26,007 nt of DNA, taken from contig MHHD01000008.1 of assembly GCA_001805895.1 (NCBI GenBank), forward strand, positions 1-26,007, written 5' to 3'. Positions 14,093-21,882 of this stretch are shown here, in pieces (position 1 is the first letter of the stretch; every line of letters begins with the position of its first letter). This DNA is from Omnitrophica WOR_2 bacterium RIFCSPLOWO2_12_FULL_51_8. Its GTDB lineage: Bacteria > Omnitrophota > Gorgyraeia > Gygaellales > Profunditerraquicolaceae. The notes below the pieces were generated by a model. That model was not told where the DNA came from, ran no database searches, and worked only from the letters and a program-made list of their open reading frames with translations. The position numbers and the translations under genes were made by a program.

Positions 14093-14656
14093 CTAATATT
14101 TTACTGTTAAAAGCCTATCCAGATCGCCGGCGATACGTGGATTTTGGGCCTCGGCAGATATCTCCTGGGCCCAGTTTTTAAGATACCCTATATCCAGTCG
14201 CCCTTTATGCCGCATAATTATTTTTTCCGCATCCGCCAGATCCTGAGGCCTGCCCGGAATTATCTTTAAGAGCACCATATCCTCCGGCGTGGGAAAAAAT
14301 GCATTGGTATTATAAAGCCTGAAGGTTTTTTTTCTTTTAAATGCCTGGCGCTCCAGTTCAATGGAGGCAATAATAAAATCAACGTGGAATGCCCCATATT
14401 GTATCTGGAATGTACCTGTGGCCAGGGCCTTCTGCCGGCACTCTTGAGCATTAAATCTAAACCCAGCTTTTTTTGCCTTACTTAAAAAAACGGGTATTTG
14501 CTCTGCTTCTAACAGTATATCGATATCTACATCTCCCGTAGCCCTTGGTTCTCCTAAAAGCCCTACCGCGATTCCTCCGATAACTATATATTCGTATCTT
14601 TCTTTATTTAAAAAACCCGCTACCTTTTTATAAACATCTTCCACTAAGATTTTCAT
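14093..14656 (-). CDS. Nucleotidyltransferase (DUF6036-like)
   Basis: IGGIAV...PRATGDVD, PEDMVLLK...RPQDLAD. ATG at 14656 overlaps the upstream TGA (ATGA). Confidence 0.85.
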   Translation of the reverse strand: MKILVEDVYKKVAGFLNKERYEYIVIGGIAVGLLGEPRATGDVDIDILLEAEQIPVFLSKAKKAGFRFNAQECRQKALATGTFQIQYGAFHVDFIIASIELERQAFKRKKTFRLYNTNAFFPTPEDMVLLKIIPGRPQDLADAEKIIMRHKGRLDIGYLKNWAQEISAEAQNPRIAGDLDRLLTVKY

Positions 14657-14874
14657 GCCTTTTTCTGCAGGAGCATCTTCAGGCAAACAGGGTTATCTTC
14701 AAAAAAATTCTTCCGTAATTCCCAGATAAGCGCGGACGAAAGCAGGCGCTCTTCGATTGCTATGGCTTCTTTCATAGACAAATTCTTCAGCCGCCGCCTC
14801 TTCTCCTGCTCCCAAGGCTTAAATTTATTTTTGTCGAACAGCTTCTTATTATTTAGCTTGCTCATTTCAGCCAT
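14653..14874 (-). CDS. 73-aa basic partner protein upstream of the nucleotidyltransferase
   Basis: Coupled by ATGA overlap; small charged helical sequence. Confidence 0.7.
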   Translation of the reverse strand: MAEMSKLNNKKLFDKNKFKPWEQEKRRRLKNLSMKEAIAIEERLLSSALIWELRKNFFEDNPVCLKMLLQKKA

Positions 14875-14971
14875 TCCATCACCTGTCCGACATTATCATG
14901 CAAGATACTTTACGTACGGTTTTTCACCCGCTTGAATTGCCTTTAGCCTTCTCTCATTAAAACAATACTCT

Positions 14972-15048
14972 GTCCACTGCGAGAAGCCGCAGGCGCCGAA
15001 GCCCTTCGATTACGCTCAGGGCCTCGGCACTTAGTGCCTCGCAATGAC
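14972..15048. repeat. Nested REP-like element
   Basis: Outer arms GTCCACTGCGAG / CTCGCAATGAC; inner CCCTTCGATTACGCTCAGGGC (15002-15022). Confidence 0.6.
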
Positions 15049-15095
15049 GATAGAATTATGCACACTGCTCAAATAATTAGCGCGAAACCGAGAAA

Positions 15096-16235
15096 TTATT
15101 GCTGTAAAATAGCAACGCAGTCAGCAAGACTTACATACTTAATAATGTTGCGGCCGGCCTTCCTGGAATATGGCTGCTTGATGTCATGCGAGACTACCAG
15201 CACACTCGCCCGAGGATAATGATTAAGGAATATCTCGATATTCTTGCTATCCGCGCGGCCTGCAGCCCATTTGCACTCAACGGCAATAGGCTGCCTGCCC
15301 CGCGGCTTTAAAATAAAATCCATCTCGTGGCCGTGTTTATCGCGCCAGTAGTGGATATCTCTAGTCTGTAACTGCCCTTGAATCTCGTTCAAAACAAAAT
15401 GCTCCCACAATGTCCCCATGTCTTCTTGGCGTAACCGATCCCAGCCCCGGTAGTAACAAAAAAAACCGGTATCAAAGGTATAGACCTTGGGAGCCGCGAT
15501 AATTTCCGCAGCCTGATGGGTATGAAACGGCCTGACCACATGCATCACATAGGTCGCCTCTAACACGTTTAAATAATTGGTGACGGTAGTCCGGCTCACT
15601 TCGCAGGGCGAGGCAAAGGAAGACGCTTCAAACATCCCTCCGCTTTGCACCATCAAAAGCTCAAAAAACTTCTGGAAGGAATGCCGCCGCTCCAGACGGA
15701 AAAGCTCCTGAATATCTTTGGCCCAATATGAATCCGCCCACTCCTGAAATTCTTTTTCAGGAAAATGCTTTGCCATGAATAAAGCGGGTAGCCCCCCCCT
15801 TAAAAACCGATGTCTGATATCCTGATGGCCAAAGTCTTTCAGGTCTTCTGTCAGCATCGGGCATAACCATAACTCCCGCTTGCGATCGGTCAACGTATCC
15901 CTGAATTTTGAGGAAACCCCCAATGTGGAAGAGCCCGTAGCCGCAATCTGAATATCCGGATAATGATCGGCTGCTATTTTAAGAAGCTCGGAGGGATTAT
16001 CCAGCCGGTGTATTTCATCAAGAATAATCCGCTGCTTCCTAAAACCATCAAGAAATCCTTCCGGGCTTGCCATCATTTGGCGCACGCGCGGCAGTTCGCA
16101 GTCAAAATAAACCGCGTCCTTAATAGCTTTACTGAGAAACGTCTTGCCCGCCCGCCGGACGCCGGAAATCCATATAATGGATTTCTCTTGCCATAATTGC
16201 TCAATCTTGTTTAACCAAAAATGCCTGATGTACAT
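15096..16235 (-). CDS. AAA_14 ATPase with DUF4143-like domain (second copy type)
   Basis: SGVRRAGKT, LDEIH, ATGSS, KVYTFDTG, EMDFI...VECK. ATG at 16235 preferred over 16295. Confidence 0.88.
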   Translation of the reverse strand: MYIRHFWLNKIEQLWQEKSIIWISGVRRAGKTFLSKAIKDAVYFDCELPRVRQMMASPEGFLDGFRKQRIILDEIHRLDNPSELLKIAADHYPDIQIAATGSSTLGVSSKFRDTLTDRKRELWLCPMLTEDLKDFGHQDIRHRFLRGGLPALFMAKHFPEKEFQEWADSYWAKDIQELFRLERRHSFQKFFELLMVQSGGMFEASSFASPCEVSRTTVTNYLNVLEATYVMHVVRPFHTHQAAEIIAAPKVYTFDTGFFCYYRGWDRLRQEDMGTLWEHFVLNEIQGQLQTRDIHYWRDKHGHEMDFILKPRGRQPIAVECKWAAGRADSKNIEIFLNHYPRASVLVVSHDIKQPYSRKAGRNIIKYVSLADCVAILQQ

Positions 16236-16241
16236 AGCCAG

Positions 16242-16270
16242 AGCATACCATGCAATTTTTCTAAATGCAA
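16242..16270 (-). promoter_or_regulatory. Sigma70-type promoter, probably leaderless, for the ATPase
   Basis: TTGCAT-17 nt-TATGCT, ending 6 nt before the ATG at 16235. Confidence 0.45.
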
Positions 16271-16307
16271 GTATAATTGCGTTTAGTAAACCCAAACGCC
16301 ATTAAAG

Positions 16308-16379
16308 AGGCGACGAGCGGAATCGAACCGCTGAATAGCTCTTTTGCAGAGAGCTGCCTTACCGCTTGGCTACGTCGCC
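16308..16379 (-). tRNA. tRNA-Cys(GCA), CCA not encoded
   Basis: GGCGACG/CGTCGCC acceptor stem, GCTCT-CTGCAAA-AGAGC anticodon arm, U discriminator. Confidence 0.97.
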
Positions 16380-16382
16380 ATA

Positions 16383-16928
16383 TCAGAGAACCTTTTTTAC
16401 CTCTTTAATAATCGTCTCAACTTCCGCCAGACAGCCGATGCCTTCCTTGCCGCAGGCAAGCTTACCTTTTCTCGGCTCCACAAATTTATATCCCAATTCT
16501 TTAAGTTCCTTGATATTGCCCTGCGTGATTTTATTTAGGTACATCTGCTCATTCATCGCCGGACAGAAGAGCACTGGCGCCCGGGTGGCGCAGATGACGC
16601 AGGTCAATAAGTCATCGCAGATGCCGGCAGCGGCCTTGGCGATGATATTCGCGGTAGCCGGGGCCACCAGCACTAACCCCGCCTTTTCTGCCAGCGCAAC
16701 ATGCTCTATCTCCCAGGCCTCGGGTTCGCTAAACAACCCGCGAAAAACCTTGTTCCCGGAAAGACTCTGGAAGACCACCGGCTTAATCAGCTCTTCTGCC
16801 TCCCGGGTCATCACCACGTTGACCCGGAAATCCTCCTTGCGCAGCCGGCGCACAATCTCGCAAGCCTTGTAAATCGCGATGCTGGCAGTAACTCCCAGAA
16901 TAACCTCCCTGCCCCTCTTCCTTTGCAT
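16383..16928 (-). CDS. coaC: Phosphopantothenoylcysteine decarboxylase flavoprotein (CoaC domain of CoaBC only)
   Basis: GVTASIAIYKA, VAPATANIIAK, PAMNEQMY, LACGKEGIGCL. 181 aa, no CoaB domain. Confidence 0.9.
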   Translation of the reverse strand: MQRKRGREVILGVTASIAIYKACEIVRRLRKEDFRVNVVMTREAEELIKPVVFQSLSGNKVFRGLFSEPEAWEIEHVALAEKAGLVLVAPATANIIAKAAAGICDDLLTCVICATRAPVLFCPAMNEQMYLNKITQGNIKELKELGYKFVEPRKGKLACGKEGIGCLAEVETIIKEVKKVL

Positions 16929-16956
16929 AATATTTTATTCCAGCTCTGCTAACTGC

Positions 16957-17080
16957 GGGTATCAGGATATTAGGCAATCAGGATTTGGGTATCGGGATAT
17001 TAGGTTATTCGGATTTTGTTTTTATCCCTGATATCCCATTCCCCATAATTACCCTTTCCTGATTTCCCGATAACCTAATA
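16957..17080. repeat. Hairpin element with ~8-bp periodic arms (GGATATCA-like)
   Basis: Two tandem 30-mers (16957-16986, 16987-17016; 25/30 identical), then inverted units CCCTGATATCCC, TCCTGATTTCCCGATAACCTAATA. Confidence 0.75.
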
Positions 17081-17122
17081 CAAGCGCATTAAATATTCTT
17101 ACATTATATAACAGCGAATATA

Positions 17123-17218
17123 CACAGATTGGCACAGATGAAAAGATGCAAGATGATCACAGATAACGTCAAACAATATCTGTGCTCATTTGTATCTTCT
17201 CATCTGCGATCATCTGTG
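17123..17218. repeat. CACAGAT/ATCTGTG hairpin element
   Basis: CACAGAT at 17123, 17133, 17158; ATCTG(T/C)G at 17178, 17202, 17212. Confidence 0.8.
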
Positions 17219-17298
17219 CAACAGGGTATGTAAATTTATTTATTTCGTTTAATATCCGCCTTTAACCTGCAACATAATTATTTGAGCAGTATGCATAA

Positions 17299-17455
17299 TC
17301 GGGTTTCGTTTATCGGTTAGCGGTTGCGGCTACGTATCGTCTATCGTAAATCGTCTAAAAGGGTTTTCGTTTAAGAAGACGACACACGAAACCGAAAACG
17401 ATTTACGATACATAGCCGAAGCCGAAACCGAAACCGTTTAAGACGATAGACGAAA
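17299..17455. repeat. TATCG/CGATA periodic hairpin element
   Basis: Exact 13-bp inverted pair 17342-17354/17398-17410 and 11-bp pair 17337-17347/17443-17453; tandem CCGAAA/GCCGAA units. Confidence 0.75.
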
Positions 17456-17482
17456 TTTGAATTATACGCACCCCTCAATTAT

Positions 17483-17692
17483 TCAATCTTTCGCCTTGCT
17501 CCTGACATACCGCACCTTGCCTGCGGCAATCTCGTACAGGGCGACAGTAGAGGGCTTGACCGACTGGCTCATTTCCACCAGCTTAGGCTGGCCCTCGGCA
17601 ATTTCCAAGGCCCTCTTAGAGGCCAAGATGACTAATTTATAGATCGAACTCCCGCTCTGATCCAATAGCTTTTCCCGCGCAACGTATCCCAT
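17483..17692 (-). CDS. rpoZ: RNA polymerase omega subunit
   Basis: SIYKLVILASKRALEI...KPSTVALYEIAAGKV; AGGAGG RBS; lies between gmk and coaC. Confidence 0.93.
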   Translation of the reverse strand: MGYVAREKLLDQSGSSIYKLVILASKRALEIAEGQPKLVEMSQSVKPSTVALYEIAAGKVRYVRSKAKD

Positions 17693-17747
17693 TTGCCTCC
17701 TCGCTGGTATAATGTCCCGTCAACTAAATCATGCCTTGATAATTATA

Positions 17748-17871
17748 CACAGATTCACACAGATACGGCTGCCGGGCAACTGATTTTTTTGGATACACAC
17801 AGATACATAATATCTGCGTGTATCTTTCTTTTATCTGTGTCTATCTTTTTTTATATCTGTGTGCATCTGTG
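17748..17871. repeat. CACAGAT/ATCTGTG hairpin element overlapping the gmk 3' end
   Basis: CACAGAT at 17748, 17758, 17798; ATCTG(T/C)G at 17812, 17833, 17855, 17865. Confidence 0.8.
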
Positions 17872-18462
17872 CTGAGATAAGGCATTTAACATAATGCCCC
17901 GCAGCTCCTTTACTGCCTGATGCAAATTCTTATTTACCACGGTAAAGTCATACTCCCGGGAGGCGCGCAGCTCTGCCCGGGCAAGCTCTAACCTCCTGGA
18001 GACTTCTTCTTTCTTGGTCCGATGGCAGCGCTGGGCTATCCGCCGGCGCAGCGTCTCAAGCGACGGCGGGACAATAAATATAGTGGCGGTGTTGCGCGGA
18101 TAGAGCCTTTTTATCTTCCTGGCCCCGGCCAAATCTAAGCAGAGGACGATATTCCCGCCTTTTTTAATCTGGCCCTCGACAAAATCCCGGGGCGTGGCGT
18201 AATAATATCCCAAAAAATTGGTCCATTCAAGAATTTTCTTTGCTTTTAACGCGCGCCGAAAATCATCCCGCGCAAGAAAAACGTAGTCCCGGCCCTGCCT
18301 CTCTCCTGATCTCTTGGGCCGGGTGGTGAAGGAAATGGATTTGCGCAGCAGGCGCCTTAGGCCCGCTTCCTTGAGCAGCCTCTCCAAGAGCGTAGTCTTC
18401 CCGGAGCCCGAAGGGCCGGAGATTACAAAGATCATTCCTTTTGGTTCTGCCTTGGCTCTCAC
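17851..18462 (-). CDS. gmk: Guanylate kinase
   Basis: SGPSGSGKTT, SFTTRPKRSGERQGRDY, YYATP, FIVPPS. Confidence 0.95.
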   Translation of the reverse strand: MRAKAEPKGMIFVISGPSGSGKTTLLERLLKEAGLRRLLRKSISFTTRPKRSGERQGRDYVFLARDDFRRALKAKKILEWTNFLGYYYATPRDFVEGQIKKGGNIVLCLDLAGARKIKRLYPRNTATIFIVPPSLETLRRRIAQRCHRTKKEEVSRRLELARAELRASREYDFTVVNKNLHQAVKELRGIMLNALSQHRCTQI

Positions 18463-19283
18463 TCTATATTCTGCGCCTGCTCGCGGATTTTTTCGATCTG
18501 GCTTTTCATCTGCACTACACGGGAAGAGATCGCCACGTCAAAGGACTTCGCGCCCAGGGTATTGGCCTCGCGCTGCATCTCCTGGGCGATAAAATCCAAT
18601 TCCTTGCCCATCGGGCCTTTTCTGCTCAATTTATTTTTAAAGTTCCGGATGTGGAAGGCCAGCCGTTCGATTTCCTCCGAGATATCCGAATTCTTCAGGA
18701 AACTGGAACGTTCCTCGTTAGTATTTAACGACTTGAGTTTTTCTCTAATCGCCTTCTGAAAGCGCGCCTTGATGATCTCCAGATGGCCATTCAGGCCCTC
18801 CGCCCTCTTTTTCAGACAACCGTAAAGCGCCCGCCCTTCTTTATGCCGGGTGTTCTCCAGCTCTTCCAGCGCCTTTGAGAGGGCGGATTTAAGTTTTGGC
18901 CAAAGAGCCTCCCGGGGCATACGGCTTGCCTGCGATGAGAGGACCCCGGGTAGGTGCACCAGGGTGTTCAAGTCTACGTCTGCCCGGAGCCGGCACTGCC
19001 TGCTGACCTGCCGCAGTACGGCTAAATAATCCTTTAACAGCGCTTTATTGATAAAGACGCCGGGGTTCCTGCCGCCAATAAAGTTGATCGCGCAAGTGAC
19101 CCTGCCGCGTTTGATCTTGGTTTCGATTTCTTTTTTCAGCTTGTCCTCCAGAGACAATAGCCCCTCCGGCAGGTGGAATACCGCTTCAAAAAATTTATGG
19201 TTGGAACTGCGCAGTTCCACGCTTACCTTGCCAAAAGGCGCAATCTCAATTTCTTTTGAGCCGAAACCGGTCATACTATTCAT
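18459..19283 (-). CDS. yicC: YicC/YloC-family protein (endoribonuclease)
   Basis: MNSMTGFG, DISEEI.RL, GKELDFIAQEMQREANTLGAKS, EKIREQAQNIE. Confidence 0.95.
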   Translation of the reverse strand: MNSMTGFGSKEIEIAPFGKVSVELRSSNHKFFEAVFHLPEGLLSLEDKLKKEIETKIKRGRVTCAINFIGGRNPGVFINKALLKDYLAVLRQVSRQCRLRADVDLNTLVHLPGVLSSQASRMPREALWPKLKSALSKALEELENTRHKEGRALYGCLKKRAEGLNGHLEIIKARFQKAIREKLKSLNTNEERSSFLKNSDISEEIERLAFHIRNFKNKLSRKGPMGKELDFIAQEMQREANTLGAKSFDVAISSRVVQMKSQIEKIREQAQNIE

Positions 19284-19304
19284 CCGCGCATCCCTTTCGT
19301 TTCT

Positions 19305-19808
19305 TTAAGCCCAAACCGCTCTTTTAAAATCTCTCTCGCTGACTTCTTTCTTGGGATATAATTCCACGATGATCTCCTCGGGCGCAAACCACAGTTTGAT
19401 CTCGCGCTCCGCCTCTAATTCATTGGAAGAGACGTGGATCACGTTTTCATAGACGCCCGAGGTAGTGATCCTGCCGTAAGAGCCGCGGATGGAAGTCGGT
19501 TCCGCCTCTTCCGGGTTCGTGGCCCCGGCCAGTTCCCGGCATTTTTTGATCGCCTCTTTGCCCCAGTACACCAGGGCCATCACCTTGCGCCGGTCATGCA
19601 GCTCGCCGCGGAGATACCTGATGATTTCTTCGAAAAACGGCTTGTCCTTAAGATGTTTGTAATGTTCCTCGGCCAGCCCCCGGGACACGCGCGCCATTTT
19701 GGCGGCGACGATCTCCAGTTTGGTTTCCGACAAACGGGTCAGGATGTTGCCGGTTAAAGATTTTTTCAAGCCGTCGGGCTTAATCAAAATCAAGGCCGCC
19801 TGGTTCAT
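19305..19808 (-). CDS. ndk: Nucleoside diphosphate kinase
   Basis: LIKPDG, AEEHY, GATNP.EA...SIRG..G, NVIHVS. ATG at 19808 with an AAGGTG RBS; the track's start at 19898 overlaps parB. Confidence 0.95.
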   Translation of the reverse strand: MNQAALILIKPDGLKKSLTGNILTRLSETKLEIVAAKMARVSRGLAEEHYKHLKDKPFFEEIIRYLRGELHDRRKVMALVYWGKEAIKKCRELAGATNPEEAEPTSIRGSYGRITTSGVYENVIHVSSNELEAEREIKLWFAPEEIIVELYPKKEVSERDFKRAVWA

Positions 19809-19833
19809 CCCGCACCTTCTCTCTTGTTCATCA

Positions 19834-20685
19834 TTACTGCGCCCCCCCTCTGATCCGCTGCGCGATCCGCTCCAGATCTTCCGGCGAGTAAAATTCAATC
19901 AAGATGTGCCCGCGTTTTTTCCTTTTGCTGATCCTGACTTTGGTTGCCAGGAGATGCTGTAATTCTTCTTCCAAAGCCGCCAGGTAAGGCTCGCGGTTGG
20001 AAGCGCCGATGCGGCGATTAGGCAGCCTCGGCCGGTGCATTTTAATCAAACCCTCCAACTCTTGCACCGAGAGGCCCCTGGCAATCACTTCCTGGGCTAA
20101 CCGGCGCTGCTGGTTGGCGTCATCTAATTCCAGCAGGGTCCGGCCATGGGCAAAAGAAATCCTGCCCCGCTTCATCTCTGCCTGGATCTCCTGCGGCAAT
20201 TTCAACAGGCGCAAGGTATTGGTCACCGAGACTCGGGCCTTGCCAATCACATTACTGATCTTTTCCTGGGTAACCTGGAATTTTTCGATCAGGTATTGGT
20301 AGGCATGCGCCTCTTCAATGGGATTCAGGCCCTGGCGCTGGATGTTCTCGATGAGCGCCATTTCCAAGGAATCGCGGTCTTCGACATCCTTGACGATAAT
20401 CGGCACTTCTTTTAATTGCAGGATCGCTGCTGCCCTTAACCGGCGTTCGCCGGCAATCAGTTCGTAACCTTCGCCTTTGCGGCGCACTAACAGCGGCTGG
20501 ATTACCCCCTTTTCCCTGATCGACTGCGCCAGCTCTTCGATATTCTGGGAATCAAAGTCCTCGCGCGGCTGAAAAGGATTGGGTTTGATTTGTCCAGTCT
20601 GGACATAAACAATCTCATCTTTGTGGAGGGACTCTCTTTCTGGGATTAAGGCGCTGAGGCCTTTTCCCAAAGCTCTTCTTTCCAT
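19834..20685 (-). CDS. parB: Chromosome partitioning protein ParB/Spo0J
   Basis: RRALGKGLSALI, NPFQPR, LIAGERRLRAA, ENIQRQGLNPIEEA, HTH motif. Confidence 0.97.
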   Translation of the reverse strand: MERRALGKGLSALIPERESLHKDEIVYVQTGQIKPNPFQPREDFDSQNIEELAQSIREKGVIQPLLVRRKGEGYELIAGERRLRAAAILQLKEVPIIVKDVEDRDSLEMALIENIQRQGLNPIEEAHAYQYLIEKFQVTQEKISNVIGKARVSVTNTLRLLKLPQEIQAEMKRGRISFAHGRTLLELDDANQQRRLAQEVIARGLSVQELEGLIKMHRPRLPNRRIGASNREPYLAALEEELQHLLATKVRISKRKKRGHILIEFYSPEDLERIAQRIRGGAQ

Positions 20686-20694
20686 TAGGCTACT

Positions 20695-20785
20695 CCTTCA
20701 TAGCAAATGAACACCGGCCAATTTCCCACAAGGGAACACTTGCGCAATTCCGCATAAGCGCAAGGTGCCATATGGCCGGGTGTTA
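20695..20785. repeat. AACACC(C)GGCCA inverted-repeat element, long copy with 47-nt internal hairpins
   Basis: Termini match 2780-2826; the centre holds TTCCC/GGGAA and CACTTGCGC/GCGCAAGGTG stems. Confidence 0.8.
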
Positions 20786-21565
20786 ACATGTAGCTTGACT
20801 ATGGGGGTGAATACCGAGCAATTCCCGGCTCAACTCTTCGTATTTCTGCGCGCCGCTGGAATCCTTATCATAGAGCGCCACTGGCTTGCCAAAGCTGGGC
20901 GCCTCAGTCAAACGGATACTGCGGGGAATAATCGTTTCAAAAACCTTTTCTTTAAAATAATTCTTTACCTCCTGGATTACTTCCTTAGTCAGATTAGTGC
21001 GGTAATCTGCCATGGTCAGCAAAACTCCTTCAATGGCCAACTCCGGATTGAGATTATCCTTCACAAGTCTAATAGTATTAACGAGTTGCGTTACTCCTTC
21101 TAAGGCATAATATTCGCACTGTACTGGGATAAGCACCGAATCCGCAGCGCATAACGCATTGATAGTCAATAAACCTAAAGACGGTGGTGAATCAATAATA
21201 ATGAAATCAAAGCTCTGCTTCTGGCTTTGCAACGCCCTTTTCAGGCGGTATTCGCGGCCCAAAACACTTACCAATTCTACTTCTGCGCCGGTTAAATCCA
21301 AATTAGAAGGGGCGAGTAAAAGATTAGGGATGAGGGATGACTGGAAAATTTCTTTTATATCTAATTCTTCCAGCAAGACATGATAAGTGCTTTTTTGGAT
21401 GCTGTGCCGGTCAATGCCAATGCCGCTGGTAGCATTGGCCTGAGGGTCTAAATCAATTAATAAAATTTGCTTGCGGGCTAAAGCCAGGTAGGCGGCTAAA
21501 TTAATCGCGGAGGTTGTCTTGCCGGTACCGCCCTTCTGGTTACAGACCGCGATTATTTTACCCAT
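20783..21565 (-). CDS. parA: Chromosome partitioning ATPase ParA/Soj
   Basis: NQKGGTGKTT, DLDPQANAT, DSPPSLG, PVQCEYYALEG, RLTEAPSFG. Confidence 0.97.
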   Translation of the reverse strand: MGKIIAVCNQKGGTGKTTSAINLAAYLALARKQILLIDLDPQANATSGIGIDRHSIQKSTYHVLLEELDIKEIFQSSLIPNLLLAPSNLDLTGAEVELVSVLGREYRLKRALQSQKQSFDFIIIDSPPSLGLLTINALCAADSVLIPVQCEYYALEGVTQLVNTIRLVKDNLNPELAIEGVLLTMADYRTNLTKEVIQEVKNYFKEKVFETIIPRSIRLTEAPSFGKPVALYDKDSSGAQKYEELSRELLGIHPHSQATC

Positions 21566-21675
21566 TACGAGAGATATAGTTAACGAGTTCCCTGAGGAAC
21601 AAGGCTCTACTCATTCTACAGAATGTCATCGCAGAATTTCATTTTGTCTTTATTATCTAATAATTTTGGCGCTTG

Positions 21676-21879
21676 TCAAGCGCTTTCTTTAGCCTCAATC
21701 AGACTTACTCTCACTTTAGCTGGCTTTGCCCCAGGCATGCCAAAAAGCCCCTTTTTCTCCTCAGAGAGCACTTCAATCTTAACTTTATGGCGCGGCAATT
21801 TTAATTCTCGAAGCGCTTTTTTTACTGCTTCCGCAACTGTCATCCCCTCTATCTCTATACTATATTTATTGCCGGCCAT
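21676..21879 (-). CDS. jag: Jag/EloR N-terminal domain only (67 aa)
   Basis: G.TV.EAV..AL.EL.....V.IEVL.E..KGLFG...KPA.VRV; follows yidC; no KH or R3H domains. Confidence 0.85.
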   Translation of the reverse strand: MAGNKYSIEIEGMTVAEAVKKALRELKLPRHKVKIEVLSEEKKGLFGMPGAKPAKVRVSLIEAKESA

Positions 21880-21882
21880 TTT

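Noticed and set aside
17693-17875. 60-aa ORF
   Set aside because: Low-complexity translation of the CACAGAT repeat.
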